Shown: positions 1-9,232 of the stretch, piece after piece
Position numbering within the stretch: position 1 is the stretch's first letter
How the letters are laid out: the number at the start of each line of letters is the position of its first letter
DNA from: Candidatus Pacearchaeota archaeon
GTDB lineage: Archaea > Nanobdellota > Nanobdellia > Pacearchaeales > GW2011-AR1
DNA length: 64,000 nucleotides
Assembly (NCBI GenBank): GCA_016188895.1
Contig: JACPGZ010000017.1
Span: forward strand, 2,538-66,537
Direction: 5' to 3'
Translations under genes and position numbers: made by a program
The notes under the pieces: model-generated
The model's input: the letters and a program-made list of their open reading frames with translations, nothing else
The model's database searches: none
Told to the model about the DNA's origin: nothing

Positions 1-2
1 AA

Positions 3-350
3 ACAATGGCCGCGCATATCAGAAACATGTTTGCTGGACTGAATGAGCCATTTGTATATAAATTACAGATAGCTTCTGTTCATTTTCCAATGAATGTTAC
101 CTATGACAGCGCTAAAAAAGAAATCTTGATAAAGAATTTTCTTGGAGAGAAAAATGCGAGGAAGGCCAAAATAAAAGATGGTGTTGATGTAAAAATAGAG
201 AGAGATTTCATTATTTTAACATCATCTGACAAAGAAGCTGCAGGGCAGAGCGCGGCAAACATTGAACAAGCTACAAAAATAAAATCAAGAGACAGAAGAG
301 TGTTTCAGGACGGTTGTTATATTGTTGAAAAAGCAGGGAGGAAATTATAA
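3..350 (+). CDS. rpl6: 50S ribosomal protein L6P, C-terminal part (5' end lies outside the window)
   Basis: ORF track 6..350. Motifs FPMNV...NFLGEK...AKI...GQSAANIEQATKIK...RVFQDGCYIVEK match the archaeal L6 C-terminus. Frame is open to the window edge. Confidence 0.8.
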   Translation, partial: TMAAHIRNMFAGLNEPFVYKLQIASVHFPMNVTYDSAKKEILIKNFLGEKNARKAKIKDGVDVKIERDFIILTSSDKEAAGQSAANIEQATKIKSRDRRVFQDGCYIVEKAGRKL

Positions 351-691
351 TGGCAAAAATATTTCTAAGAAGAAACTGGAACAAATACAAAAGGCTTGGA
401 TTAAGAAACAAGAAGAAGCAGGTTTGGAGAAAACCAAAGGGGATACATAATAAGATGAGGGAAAATAGGAGAGGATATAGTGCAATTGTCAGGATTGGAT
501 ACAGAAAAGGCAGGAAGAACAGAGGCAGGATTGAAGGATTTATTCCTGTGGTTGTGAGAAATTTATCAGATTTAAGCAATGTTGGAAATGATAATATAGT
601 TATAATTGGAAAGGTTGGAAAAAAGAAACGCCAGATTATTCTAGATAAAATTAAAGAATTAAACGCCCATTCCATAGGGCATCGGAGTTGA
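350..691 (+). CDS. rpl32e: 50S ribosomal protein L32e
   Basis: KYKRLG...RKKKQVWRKPKGIHNKMR is an L32e signature. The C-terminus AHSIGHRS-stop is encoded by a dispersed repeat copy. Confidence 0.85.
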   Translation: MAKIFLRRNWNKYKRLGLRNKKKQVWRKPKGIHNKMRENRRGYSAIVRIGYRKGRKNRGRIEGFIPVVVRNLSDLSNVGNDNIVIIGKVGKKKRQIILDKIKELNAHSIGHRS

Positions 692-693
692 TA
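665..693 (+). repeat. dispersed repeat copy (gcccattccatagggcatcggagttga) at the rpl32e/rpl19e junction
   Basis: Same 22-bp core as the other copies, in sense orientation. It supplies the last 8 codons and the stop of rpl32e. Confidence 0.85.
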
Positions 694-1086
694 ATGAATC
701 TTCTAAACAAAAAAAGGCTTGCTGCAGAAACACTTAATGTTGGAGCTGGTAGAATAAAGTTTAATAATGAAAGATTAAGTGAAATAAAAGATGCTATAAC
801 CCGGCAAGATATCCTAGACCTTGTTAAAAGCAAGGCAATAGAGGTAAAAGAGATTAGAGGAAGGAAGCGGAAATATAAAAGAAAGAAAAAAGGGTTCGGC
901 AATATAAGGAAAAAAGTTAAAACGAGAAAGCAGGATTATGTTATACTGACAAGGAAGCTAAGAGCTTATGTTAAAGAACTTAAAAAACAAGGGAGGATAA
1001 CCAAGGACCAATATTATGATATAAGGAGAAGAATAAGAGCAAGGATTTATAAAAGTAAATCTCACTTGAAAAGCTTGTTAGAATGA
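688..1086 (+). CDS. rpl19e: 50S ribosomal protein L19e
   Basis: Basic protein with the L19e pattern (RLAAETLNVGAGRIKF, KRKKKGFGNIRKK). Start overlaps the rpl32e stop (ATGA). Confidence 0.85.
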   Translation: MIMNLLNKKRLAAETLNVGAGRIKFNNERLSEIKDAITRQDILDLVKSKAIEVKEIRGRKRKYKRKKKGFGNIRKKVKTRKQDYVILTRKLRAYVKELKKQGRITKDQYYDIRRRIRARIYKSKSHLKSLLE

Positions 1087-1146
1087 TAAGAGTAAGGTGG
1101 TATATCGCGAGGCATAGAGAACAGGTATCGGAGTAGATCAGACAAA

Positions 1147-1647
1147 ATGAAAACACAAAAACGAAGAAGGAAGGAAAGAAAAACAGATTATAAGAACAGA
1201 TTCAATATTCTGAAATCTGAGCTGCCAAGAGTTGTATTTAGAAAAACTAATCGTTATATTATCGGCCAGTTGGTTGAGAGCAGAGATGCCCAAGATAAGA
1301 TTATTGTTAGTGTAAATTCTAAGGACTTATTAAAATTTGGATGGGTCTGGGCAGGATCGCTAAAAAGCGTTCCAGTATCATATTTGGCTGGAATATTGCT
1401 TGCAAAGAAGATTAAAGACAAGAGTTTTAATACAGCAATTTTGGATATTGGCTTAATACGTGATGTTAAAAAATCAAGGATTTACGCATTCGTAAAAGGT
1501 GTGCAAGACGGTGGAATATCACTAAGGGTTAATGAAAAATATTATCCATCTGAAGAAAGGATAATAGGGATGCATATGAAAAAGGATGTTAAAGGCAAGA
1601 TGGAGGAAATAATTAAAAAAATAGAACATGGAAGACAAAGAGAGTAA
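1147..1647 (+). CDS. rpl18: 50S ribosomal protein L18P (L5e family)
   Basis: N-terminal RRRKERKTDYKNRF... and conserved L18 core. Position in the L6-L32e-L19e-L18-S5 cluster. Confidence 0.85.
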   Translation: MKTQKRRRKERKTDYKNRFNILKSELPRVVFRKTNRYIIGQLVESRDAQDKIIVSVNSKDLLKFGWVWAGSLKSVPVSYLAGILLAKKIKDKSFNTAILDIGLIRDVKKSRIYAFVKGVQDGGISLRVNEKYYPSEERIIGMHMKKDVKGKMEEIIKKIEHGRQRE

Positions 1648-2425
1648 AAAAGCGGAAAAGACAAAGGAAGATAAGAATGACGAAGCTGCAAAAAAAGCAG
1701 AAGAAAAAGAAGAATTAACAGATGAAATAATAAAAGACGTCATTGAAGTAGCAGACGCTCCTGAAAAATTAATAGAGCCTGAAAAAGCGGAGATTGAAAA
1801 ATGGACTCCAAAATCTAAGCTGGGAAGAATAGTGAAATCTGGCAAGATAAAAAATATTGATGAAATATTGGATAAAAATCTCAAAATATTGGAGCCTGAA
1901 ATTGTATCTTCTCTTTTGCAGTTAAAAGCAGATTTAATAAACATAGGGCAATCAAAAGGAAAGTTTGGCGGTGGAAAAAGAAGAGTATGGAAGCAAACCC
2001 AAAAAAAGACGCAGGAGGGAAATATCCCGAAATTTTCCTCTATGGCTGTTGTTGGTGATGAAAATGGCCATGTCGGCATAGGTTATGGTAGTTCAAAAGA
2101 GACTTTGCCGTCACGGGTAAAGGCAGAAAGAAAAGCCAAGTTAAATATAATGCGCATAAAAAGAGGTTGCGGGAGTTTTGATTGCTCTTGCAATAATCCA
2201 CATTCAATTATATCCAGAGTTGATGGAAAGAGTGGGAGTGTAAGAATTGTGTTATATCCTGCTCCCCAAGGAACAGGGCTTGTTGTCGGAGATGAATGCA
2301 AGAAAGTATTAAAGCTGGCTGGAATAAAGGATGTTTATAGCAAAAGATTTGGGCAGAGCAGAACAACTATTAATCTTATCAAAGCTTGTGTTGATGCTTT
2401 GAAAAAGACAATGGAGATAAAATGA
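1628..2425 (+). CDS. rps5: 30S ribosomal protein S5P with a Lys/Glu-rich N-terminal extension
   Basis: GGGKRRVWKQTQKK...AVVGDENGHVGIGYGSSKE...RGCGS core of S5. First ~60 aa are low-complexity KE-rich. Confidence 0.9.
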   Translation: MEDKESKKAEKTKEDKNDEAAKKAEEKEELTDEIIKDVIEVADAPEKLIEPEKAEIEKWTPKSKLGRIVKSGKIKNIDEILDKNLKILEPEIVSSLLQLKADLINIGQSKGKFGGGKRRVWKQTQKKTQEGNIPKFSSMAVVGDENGHVGIGYGSSKETLPSRVKAERKAKLNIMRIKRGCGSFDCSCNNPHSIISRVDGKSGSVRIVLYPAPQGTGLVVGDECKKVLKLAGIKDVYSKRFGQSRTTINLIKACVDALKKTMEIK

Positions 2426-2775
2426 TTGCTGTGATTAGAATCAAAGGCCTAGTTGGAATTCCTATAGATATTAAGGATACACTTGACAAGCTTAGACTTA
2501 GAAGAAAATATGCTTGTGTTGTGCTTGAAGAGAAAAGAGAGCTTATAGGTATGGTTGAAAAAGTTAGGGATTATGTAGCTTATGGTAAGATATCTGATGA
2601 AGATTACAAAGAATTAGTAAAGAAAAGAGGGAAGAAAATAAAAGGAAAAGAATACAAGCCATTTTTCAGATTGCATCCGCCACGCGGTGGAATAAAAAGC
2701 AAATTGCATTATCCAAAAGGTGTTTTAGGAAATCATGGTGATAAGCTCAATGCGCTGTTGAGGAGGATGTTATGA
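2422..2775 (+). CDS. rpl30: 50S ribosomal protein L30P
   Basis: MIAVIRIKGLVGIP...TLDKLRLRRKYACVV is a typical L30P. Follows S5 as in all archaea. Confidence 0.85.
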   Translation: MIAVIRIKGLVGIPIDIKDTLDKLRLRRKYACVVLEEKRELIGMVEKVRDYVAYGKISDEDYKELVKKRGKKIKGKEYKPFFRLHPPRGGIKSKLHYPKGVLGNHGDKLNALLRRML

Positions 2776-3179
2776 TTCATTACCCTAGATTAAGCAGATA
2801 CGCGTCTGAATTTGAGTTAGATTTGAGATTGCCTGATGAATATAATGAATGGGTTAAAAGAATAAATCCGGAAATCAGAGAAAGTGTAGAACAAGGGGCT
2901 AGAAAAATACAAAAAAGTTTTGAGCTAGACGATTATGATGGTAGTTATCCTATATTAAATTGGAGTGAAGATAGGGGATTGGTAGGAATTCTTGTAGGAG
3001 CAAGGTCTGGTGCTGGATTGGCACAAGAGTCTGTTGATAGATTTTACTTTCATCATGTTAATTCTCCATTACAAGCTCTTACTCTTATAGGTATTATATC
3101 ATTTTATTTAAATGGATTGCAGAACTTGTATGAAAAGCAAAAAAGTTCAGGAGCTGAAAATGAAACTCAAAAAACGTAG
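2772..3179 (+). CDS. hypothetical protein inserted between rpl30 and rpl15
   Basis: 135-aa ORF, ATGA-coupled to the L30 stop and overlapping the L15 start. No recognisable family motif. Contains a GxGxG-like stretch GARSGAGLAQE. Confidence 0.35.
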   Translation: MIHYPRLSRYASEFELDLRLPDEYNEWVKRINPEIRESVEQGARKIQKSFELDDYDGSYPILNWSEDRGLVGILVGARSGAGLAQESVDRFYFHHVNSPLQALTLIGIISFYLNGLQNLYEKQKSSGAENETQKT

Positions 3180-3588
3180 AAAATCTGCAAGAATGCGCGG
3201 CTCAAGAACGCATGGCTGGGCGATGAAGAAGCACAAAGGAAAAGGAAATGTAGGTGGAAAAGGAAGAGCTGGAAGCGGAAAAAGAGCTAGCCAGAAGAAA
3301 ACACAAATATTGAATCTTAAGGAAAAGTATTTTGGCAAAAAAGGAATGAAGGCAAAGAGAAAAATAATAAAGATTATTAATGTTGGTGATATTGAGAATA
3401 ATATAGATAAAATGATTGCAAAAGGGAAGGCAAAAAGAGCAGGAGATGGTATTGAGATTAATCTTCCTGATTATAAAATATTGGGAGATGGTGAATTAAG
3501 CTTAAAGCTCATTGTTCATGCTCATGCTGTATCTTCATCTGCTAAGGAAAAGATTGAAAGAAGAGGAGGGTCTGTGATTTTGGAATAA
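3160..3588 (+). CDS. rpl15: 50S ribosomal protein L15P
   Basis: MKLKKRRKSARMRGSRTHGWAMKKHKGKGNVGGKGRAGSGKRA matches L15. Internal start chosen over the ORF-track start at 3112. Confidence 0.85.
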   Translation: MKLKKRRKSARMRGSRTHGWAMKKHKGKGNVGGKGRAGSGKRASQKKTQILNLKEKYFGKKGMKAKRKIIKIINVGDIENNIDKMIAKGKAKRAGDGIEINLPDYKILGDGELSLKLIVHAHAVSSSAKEKIERRGGSVILE

Positions 3589-4973
3589 TGGAATTCCGCA
3601 ATATATTGCAAAATCTTCCTGAAGTAAGGGCTCCCATTGAGAAAAGACTAAGCTTTAATAAGAAATTTAAATGGACGCTTATTATACTTGCTTCATTTTT
3701 TGTTCTTTCTAATATTCCTTTATATGGATTGTCAAGGAATGCATTAGAAAGATTTGAATTTCTTTCTATTATTCTTGGAACTGATTTTGGCTCAATTATT
3801 TCATTGGGAATTGGGCCAATTGTCATGGCTTCTATAATTCTTCAATTGCTTGTTGGCTCGCAAATACTGAAGATTGATACAAAAACAGAGGAAGGCAGAA
3901 AGTATTTTCAGGGATTGCAAAAGCTATTGGTATTTTTCTTTATTATTTTTGAGGCATTGATATATGTTTTAATGGGCGGATTAGAAGCTCTTCCAGGATT
4001 CACACTAATATTGGTATTTCAGCTGATTCTTGGGGGACTGGCAATTATGTTTATGGATGAAGTTGTGAGTAAATGGGGATTTGGCTCTGGAATCAGCTTG
4101 TTCATTATTGCTGGTGTTGGATGGAGGCTTTTTGCAGGATTATTCCAGTTTATTGGGATTAACGGTGAAAACTGTCTTCTTAATTTTTACAGCACTCCTT
4201 GTGCAGGACAGATTTGGATTATTATCCAATCCATATTAAAAGGCGATCCTACTCAGTTGTTTAATGCATCTGCTGTAATTATTATCACAATTTCCATATT
4301 TCTTCTTGTTGTATGGGCCCAATCGCTAAAGGTAGAAGTGCCTCTTTCATATGAAAGGCTCCGTGGATATGGCATAAGATGGCCTTTGTCATTTTTTTAC
4401 TCAAGTGTTATCCCTGTTATTTTGGTTTCAGCTCTTGCTGCAAATATCCAGCTATTTGCCGGCTTGATTGAAAATTACCTCGGAAGGCCAACACTTTTAG
4501 GAGGTTTTTCAGCAGGACAGCCTATTTCAGGGTTTGCTTATTGGCTATCATCCACAAATATTGTCAATGCTCTAATAACAGGAAGCTTCCAATCTTCGTT
4601 TTTTTTGCAGGCAATTACACACACTATTTTTTATATGGCATTATCAGCTGTTTTTGCTGTATTTTGGGTTAAGACAAGCGGGATGGATGCGTCAAGCCAA
4701 GCGCGAAATATTATGTCATCTGGATTGCAGCTTCCTGGATTCAGAAAAGATGAAAGAGTTTTGGAAAGCATATTAAACAGATATATAATGCCTTTAACAA
4801 TCATGGGCGGGATTGCTGTAGGATTGCTTGCATCTGTTGCTAACATTCTTGGTGCATTGACAGGAGGCACTTCAATTCTGCTTGCTGTCATGATAACATA
4901 CCAGCTTTATCAGAACATTGCCCAGCAGCATGTTGCAGATATGCATCCAATATTGAAGAAGTTGACTGGATAA
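3588..4973 (+). CDS. secY: preprotein translocase subunit SecY
   Basis: 461 aa, ~10 TM segments, conserved SecY motifs, immediately downstream of L15. Confidence 0.95.
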   Translation: MEFRNILQNLPEVRAPIEKRLSFNKKFKWTLIILASFFVLSNIPLYGLSRNALERFEFLSIILGTDFGSIISLGIGPIVMASIILQLLVGSQILKIDTKTEEGRKYFQGLQKLLVFFFIIFEALIYVLMGGLEALPGFTLILVFQLILGGLAIMFMDEVVSKWGFGSGISLFIIAGVGWRLFAGLFQFIGINGENCLLNFYSTPCAGQIWIIIQSILKGDPTQLFNASAVIIITISIFLLVVWAQSLKVEVPLSYERLRGYGIRWPLSFFYSSVIPVILVSALAANIQLFAGLIENYLGRPTLLGGFSAGQPISGFAYWLSSTNIVNALITGSFQSSFFLQAITHTIFYMALSAVFAVFWVKTSGMDASSQARNIMSSGLQLPGFRKDERVLESILNRYIMPLTIMGGIAVGLLASVANILGALTGGTSILLAVMITYQLYQNIAQQHVADMHPILKKLTG

Positions 4974-4989
4974 GGATTAATTATAATAT

Positions 4990-5376
4990 TTACTTAATTT
5001 CTAAAATACCTTCCTTAAAATCCAAATGAACATTAAAGTTTCTAAGGAAACTCAAGCCAAGCAAACCATCGACATAACTCTTAGATGGAAGGTCATGTAC
5101 AATCGCTTTAACATTGTGAGCTTCAGATTTATTTACCTTTATACGAGATAATGTAGCAATAGGAACTTTCTCAACGCCCGAAGCAGTCACCATATCTATT
5201 TTTTCTTGTAACAACTGAGGTTGCAAGCTTAATATTTCTGCTACTTCCCACGGGATCATTACATAAGTGGCTCCTGTATCTAAAGCCATTCTTACCTTTT
5301 TTTGTATTCCATTATGTTCGATGAATACATCCACAACTATAACACTCAACTCTCTATCAAAGTTTATTTTTCCCAT
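4990..5376 (-). CDS. retropepsin-like aspartic protease (clan AA)
   Basis: ALDTGATYVMIP active-site motif in a ~125-aa single-domain protein. Confidence 0.6.
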   Translation of the reverse strand: MGKINFDRELSVIVVDVFIEHNGIQKKVRMALDTGATYVMIPWEVAEILSLQPQLLQEKIDMVTASGVEKVPIATLSRIKVNKSEAHNVKAIVHDLPSKSYVDGLLGLSFLRNFNVHLDFKEGILEIK

Positions 5377-5603
5377 ATGATAAAGGCAACAGCATATCCC
5401 TTTTTTGGAATTTCTCCTGTGTAAAAATGATAAGTATATTTATCTGCATACTTTTTCATGGCGACATATGTATCATCCCTGTTCCTGCTATGAGCAAGAA
5501 CCCTGATTTTTATAGGTCTTCCTAAGTCATCTTCTTCTAATACTTCTGCTAACACCCATTCATCTTTATATTTCTCTTTAACCTGCTCTATATTCATTTC
5601 CAT
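5364..5603 (-). CDS. small protein co-transcribed with the retropepsin-like protease (DUF5678-like)
   Basis: 79-aa ORF overlapping the start of the protease gene. Pairing with retropepsin-like proteases is recalled from other archaeal genomes. Confidence 0.4.
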   Translation of the reverse strand: MEMNIEQVKEKYKDEWVLAEVLEEDDLGRPIKIRVLAHSRNRDDTYVAMKKYADKYTYHFYTGEIPKKGYAVAFIIWEK

Positions 5604-5718
5604 AATAATCTAAATACTACCTTATTATTAAAGTTTTCTAAAAGTAACTTCTTAAGAAGATTTTTCTTAATTTAAATGTATTTGGTCACATTTAAAAATC
5701 CTCAAATCATCTAATCTT

Positions 5719-6132
5719 ATGGTGTTTGAGTTCATAGAAAATTTTATTGTTTCTAATCCAAAGATAGGAGTTATAGCTATTGCTGTGTTTATCAGCTTGA
5801 TTGTAACTCTTGCAAATTATTTTTTGATGGATAAGAAAAGGATGAAAGAGATAAAAGAGAGGCAGAAAGAGCTTCAGGCAGAGCTTAAAAAGCACAAAGG
5901 AAATACTGACAAGGAAAAAGAAATTGGGCAGGAATTGATGAGCCATGCTGCAGAGATGCTGAAGCATTCTTTCAAGCCAATGCTTATAACAATCCTTCCC
6001 ATAATATTAATATTTGGATGGATGCGTAAATTGCTTGTAGATACCAGCATTGCTGGGACATGGTTTTGGTGGTATTTGATAGGAGCAATAGTTTCAGGCA
6101 TGATATTCAGAAAGGTCTTTAAACTTCCATAG
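5719..6132 (+). CDS. DUF106 family membrane protein (Oxa1/EMC3-like insertase homolog)
   Basis: TM1, charged coiled-coil (KRMKEIKERQKELQAELKKHK), then TM2-TM3. This is the DUF106/Mj0480 architecture. Confidence 0.5.
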   Translation: MVFEFIENFIVSNPKIGVIAIAVFISLIVTLANYFLMDKKRMKEIKERQKELQAELKKHKGNTDKEKEIGQELMSHAAEMLKHSFKPMLITILPIILIFGWMRKLLVDTSIAGTWFWWYLIGAIVSGMIFRKVFKLP

Positions 6133-6155
6133 CCCGTTGCATAGGACGAGATAAA

Positions 6156-6614
6156 ATGCACCAAGAAGATTTGTACAAATTAAGCTTGCTTGAGCAGCAG
6201 GCAGGACAGATTCAAGAGCAAGTAGCTCTTGTAATCAAAAAGATGCAGGAATTAGATTTGCTTGCATTGTCTCTTAATAAAATTGATAAAAGCAAGGAGA
6301 AAAGAATACTTGCGTCAATTGGAGAGGGAATTTATATTGATACTGACCTGCGCGACAAAGACCTTCTGGTTAATGTTGGAAAAAATATTTTTGTCCACAA
6401 AAATATTGGCGAAACCAGGAAACTGATTGAAAAGCAAAACAAGCTTCTTGATGAACTGAAGAAAAAAATGGAAAGCGATATTGAGAAAATATCAAAAGAA
6501 CTTAATGTTTTAGTTGAAAAAATAAGAAACGAGAATGAGCAGGAATCTGGAGAGCAAGAAAAAGAAAGGAAAAAGCCGAATCAAAAGAAGAATAGTTCTA
6601 AAAACAATGTTTAA
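6156..6614 (+). CDS. pfdA: prefoldin alpha subunit
   Basis: 152 aa with coiled-coil, beta-hairpin region (GEGIYIDTDL...NVGKNIFVHKNIGE), coiled-coil. Acidic/KE-rich tail. Confidence 0.6.
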   Translation: MHQEDLYKLSLLEQQAGQIQEQVALVIKKMQELDLLALSLNKIDKSKEKRILASIGEGIYIDTDLRDKDLLVNVGKNIFVHKNIGETRKLIEKQNKLLDELKKKMESDIEKISKELNVLVEKIRNENEQESGEQEKERKKPNQKKNSSKNNV

Positions 6615-6638
6615 ATATAATATTTAATCTATTCCTGT

Positions 6639-8288
6639 ATGAACAAAAAAGAATTGGAAAAAAAGATATTAGCATATGCACTAGACAATGCTGTTTCTCA
6701 TAATGGCGAAGCTGTTGCAAGCAGTGTTGTTAACCATCTTTTCAGAGAGGGATTGAAGAAAGAGGAGCTGAAAGATGTTATGCTTGTTGTGCAGAGAATT
6801 GTAAATGAAGTCAATAATATGGAACTTGATGAGCAGAAAAAAAGATTTAATGAGTTAAATATTGAACTAAAGAAATTTGAGCAGAAGGAAAAGGAACTTA
6901 CAGAATTACCTAATGTTTCTGAAAATATGGTTTTCAGATTAGCACCATATCCTTCTGGTGATTTGCATATTGGCAATGCAAAAACATACATATTAAATGC
7001 TCTTTACGCTGAAAAATATAAAGGAAGGATAATTCTTGTAATAGATGATACGATAGGAAGCAAGGAGAAGCAGATTGCTCCTGATGCTTATAAATTAATT
7101 CCAGCCAGCTTAAAATGGCTTAATATAAAGTTTGATAAAAAAATCGTATATAAATCAGACAGGCTTGATCTGTATTATCAATATGCTGAAAAAATTATAG
7201 AGCTTGGGCATGCATATGTCTGCACATGTCCTGCAGATATTATGAGAAAGAACAAGATGGGTGGAAAAGAGTGTGAGCATCGCAATCTTCCAATTAAAGA
7301 GCAAAAACAAAGATGGAAGGAGATGTTCCATATGAAAGAAGGCTCTGCAACATTGAGAATTAAAACAGACATGAAGCATGAAAATCCTGCATTTAGAGAC
7401 AGGGTATTATTCAGGATTAGCGAAAGAGCTCATCCAAGGGCAAAGAAAAAATATCGTGTGTGGCCTCTTTTGGAATTTTCATGGGCTATTGATGATGTTT
7501 TGCTTGGTATAACTCATGTTATCAGGGGAAAGGACTTAATGATTGAAACAGAGATGGAAAAATATATATGGAAAATATTTGGATGGAAAGGTCCTGTGAT
7601 TGTGCATTCCGGGCTGGTTAATATAGAAGGGATTAAGCTTTCAAAATCAAAAGCACAGCACGAAGTTGAAACAGGCAAGTACTTTGGATGGGATGATCCT
7701 AGAACATGGGGCATACACTCTTTGAAAAGAAGAGGTTTTAAGCCAGAAGCGTTAAAGCAGTTTGTTTTTGGTATTGGTTTAAATCAAAATGATATTACAG
7801 TTCCTGTAGATGTTTTTTATTCGATTAACCGGAAATTAATAGATAAAGAGACAGATAGATATTCGTTTGTCGAATCTCCGCAAAGATTAGATATTTCAGG
7901 CATTCCAAAAGAAGCAAGCATTCCTGTTCATCCTGAAAAAAAAGAGAAAAGAAAAATTAAGCTTGGGAAGCATGTCTATATAGCAAAAAAGGATTATGAA
8001 ATGTTTAAAGGAAAAGAAATAAGGCTTATGCATTTGTGCAACATAATATTAGACGACAAGCCAAGAATTACATCAATTGAGAGAAAAGAATTGCCTGTTG
8101 TAAATTGGGTTTCAAATGGTGTTAAAACCAAGGTATTGATGGATGATAGCACAAGGAAAACAGGGATTGCTGAAAGTGACATCAAAAAACTTAAACTAGG
8201 AAGTGTTATACAATTTGAGCGAAATTTCTTCTGCAGGTTTGACCGCAGGAATAAGGATGCTTATGAGTTTTGGTTTACTCATTGGTAG
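6639..8288 (+). CDS. gltX: glutamyl-tRNA synthetase (archaeal type)
   Basis: Class I HIGH motif (PSGDLHIGNAKT) and KMSKS motif (IKLSKSK). 549 aa as for archaeal GluRS. Confidence 0.85.
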   Translation: MNKKELEKKILAYALDNAVSHNGEAVASSVVNHLFREGLKKEELKDVMLVVQRIVNEVNNMELDEQKKRFNELNIELKKFEQKEKELTELPNVSENMVFRLAPYPSGDLHIGNAKTYILNALYAEKYKGRIILVIDDTIGSKEKQIAPDAYKLIPASLKWLNIKFDKKIVYKSDRLDLYYQYAEKIIELGHAYVCTCPADIMRKNKMGGKECEHRNLPIKEQKQRWKEMFHMKEGSATLRIKTDMKHENPAFRDRVLFRISERAHPRAKKKYRVWPLLEFSWAIDDVLLGITHVIRGKDLMIETEMEKYIWKIFGWKGPVIVHSGLVNIEGIKLSKSKAQHEVETGKYFGWDDPRTWGIHSLKRRGFKPEALKQFVFGIGLNQNDITVPVDVFYSINRKLIDKETDRYSFVESPQRLDISGIPKEASIPVHPEKKEKRKIKLGKHVYIAKKDYEMFKGKEIRLMHLCNIILDDKPRITSIERKELPVVNWVSNGVKTKVLMDDSTRKTGIAESDIKKLKLGSVIQFERNFFCRFDRRNKDAYEFWFTHW

Positions 8289-8832
8289 ATTTTGACCCAG
8301 TCTTATCAAATAGCTTCTCCAACTTAAGTTCCCTTATCTCGCATAAAGAAAGTGGATAAAGCTTTTTCAGCTTAAGGCTTAATGGCTTTTGAATCTTGTT
8401 GTTTATTACACTTGAAAAAAATGTTTCATAATCTGAATTTTTTATCTCTTCTGTTAATAATTCTTTAACCTTATCCCTTAGCGCTTTTCTTACGCTTCTG
8501 TGGACTTTTTTCCTTGTTATTAAAAATGGTTTAATACGAAGTTGCGCATTTTTACACTGCGTGGAAAATGAATCTTCAATATAGCTCACAGAATCTTTCA
8601 TCATTCTCTGGATAAAATATGGCATTAGTTTCATCCTTACTGGCTTTCCAACTGCCTTTTTATCATCAAGAACAATTTTGAATATGGCTTCTGTGCTCTT
8701 GCCTTTTAACTGTCTTGACAGATCAATCTTCACAAATCTTCCTTCAAGCGATTCTAAAGATGTACTCAGCAATGAAGATTCTTTGTTTAAAATAGGAAAC
8801 GATACATCAAAAAATTTTTTCTTTACGACCAT
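8275..8832 (-). CDS. rps3ae: 30S ribosomal protein S3Ae (S1e)
   Basis: KKKFFDVSFP... N-terminus and ...KLYPLSLCEIRELK C-terminus resemble archaeal S3Ae. Confidence 0.7.
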   Translation of the reverse strand: MVVKKKFFDVSFPILNKESSLLSTSLESLEGRFVKIDLSRQLKGKSTEAIFKIVLDDKKAVGKPVRMKLMPYFIQRMMKDSVSYIEDSFSTQCKNAQLRIKPFLITRKKVHRSVRKALRDKVKELLTEEIKNSDYETFFSSVINNKIQKPLSLKLKKLYPLSLCEIRELKLEKLFDKTGSKSTNE

Positions 8833-8833
8833 T

Positions 8834-9142
8834 TTATTCTAATTGAATCTTGTTTGTTCTTTTTCCTTTTTTCTGATATTTAGATTTTTTGCATACACTG
8901 CATGTGTACATTATATTTGTCTTTTTTGATGATTTTGTTTTTCTCTTCCATTTTGAAATTGGCTTCTTACTCCATTTTCCCAAATTGCCGAGACCAATGC
9001 CTCTGCCCCTCATTGCAGCCCTTTCCTTTGAGCCTTTTTTCAAAGCCCCTCTTTTCGCGCCTGTGCTGACTAAAACAACCTTTTGCTCTGTCTGCTTCCT
9101 GCAATAAGGACAGTATCTGCTTGTTTTTTTTGGTATTTTCAT
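8834..9142 (-). CDS. rpl44e: 50S ribosomal protein L44e
   Basis: MKIPKKTSRYCPYCRK...CSVCKK: C4 zinc ribbon and basic composition of L44e. Confidence 0.8.
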   Translation of the reverse strand: MKIPKKTSRYCPYCRKQTEQKVVLVSTGAKRGALKKGSKERAAMRGRGIGLGNLGKWSKKPISKWKRKTKSSKKTNIMYTCSVCKKSKYQKKGKRTNKIQLE

Positions 9143-9232
9143 ATTAATGAAGAATTGTAATAAGGGGTGTTTTTAAAGTTAATGGATTGGTGCAATAATC
9201 TATTTAAAGTTGAATTTTTAGTCCTTATCATG

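Noticed and set aside
3112-3159. Upstream extension of rpl15 to the ORF-track start (MDCRTCMKSKKVQELK...)
   Set aside because: The conserved L15 N-terminus begins at MKLKKRRKS (3160); the extension would lie wholly inside the preceding ORF.
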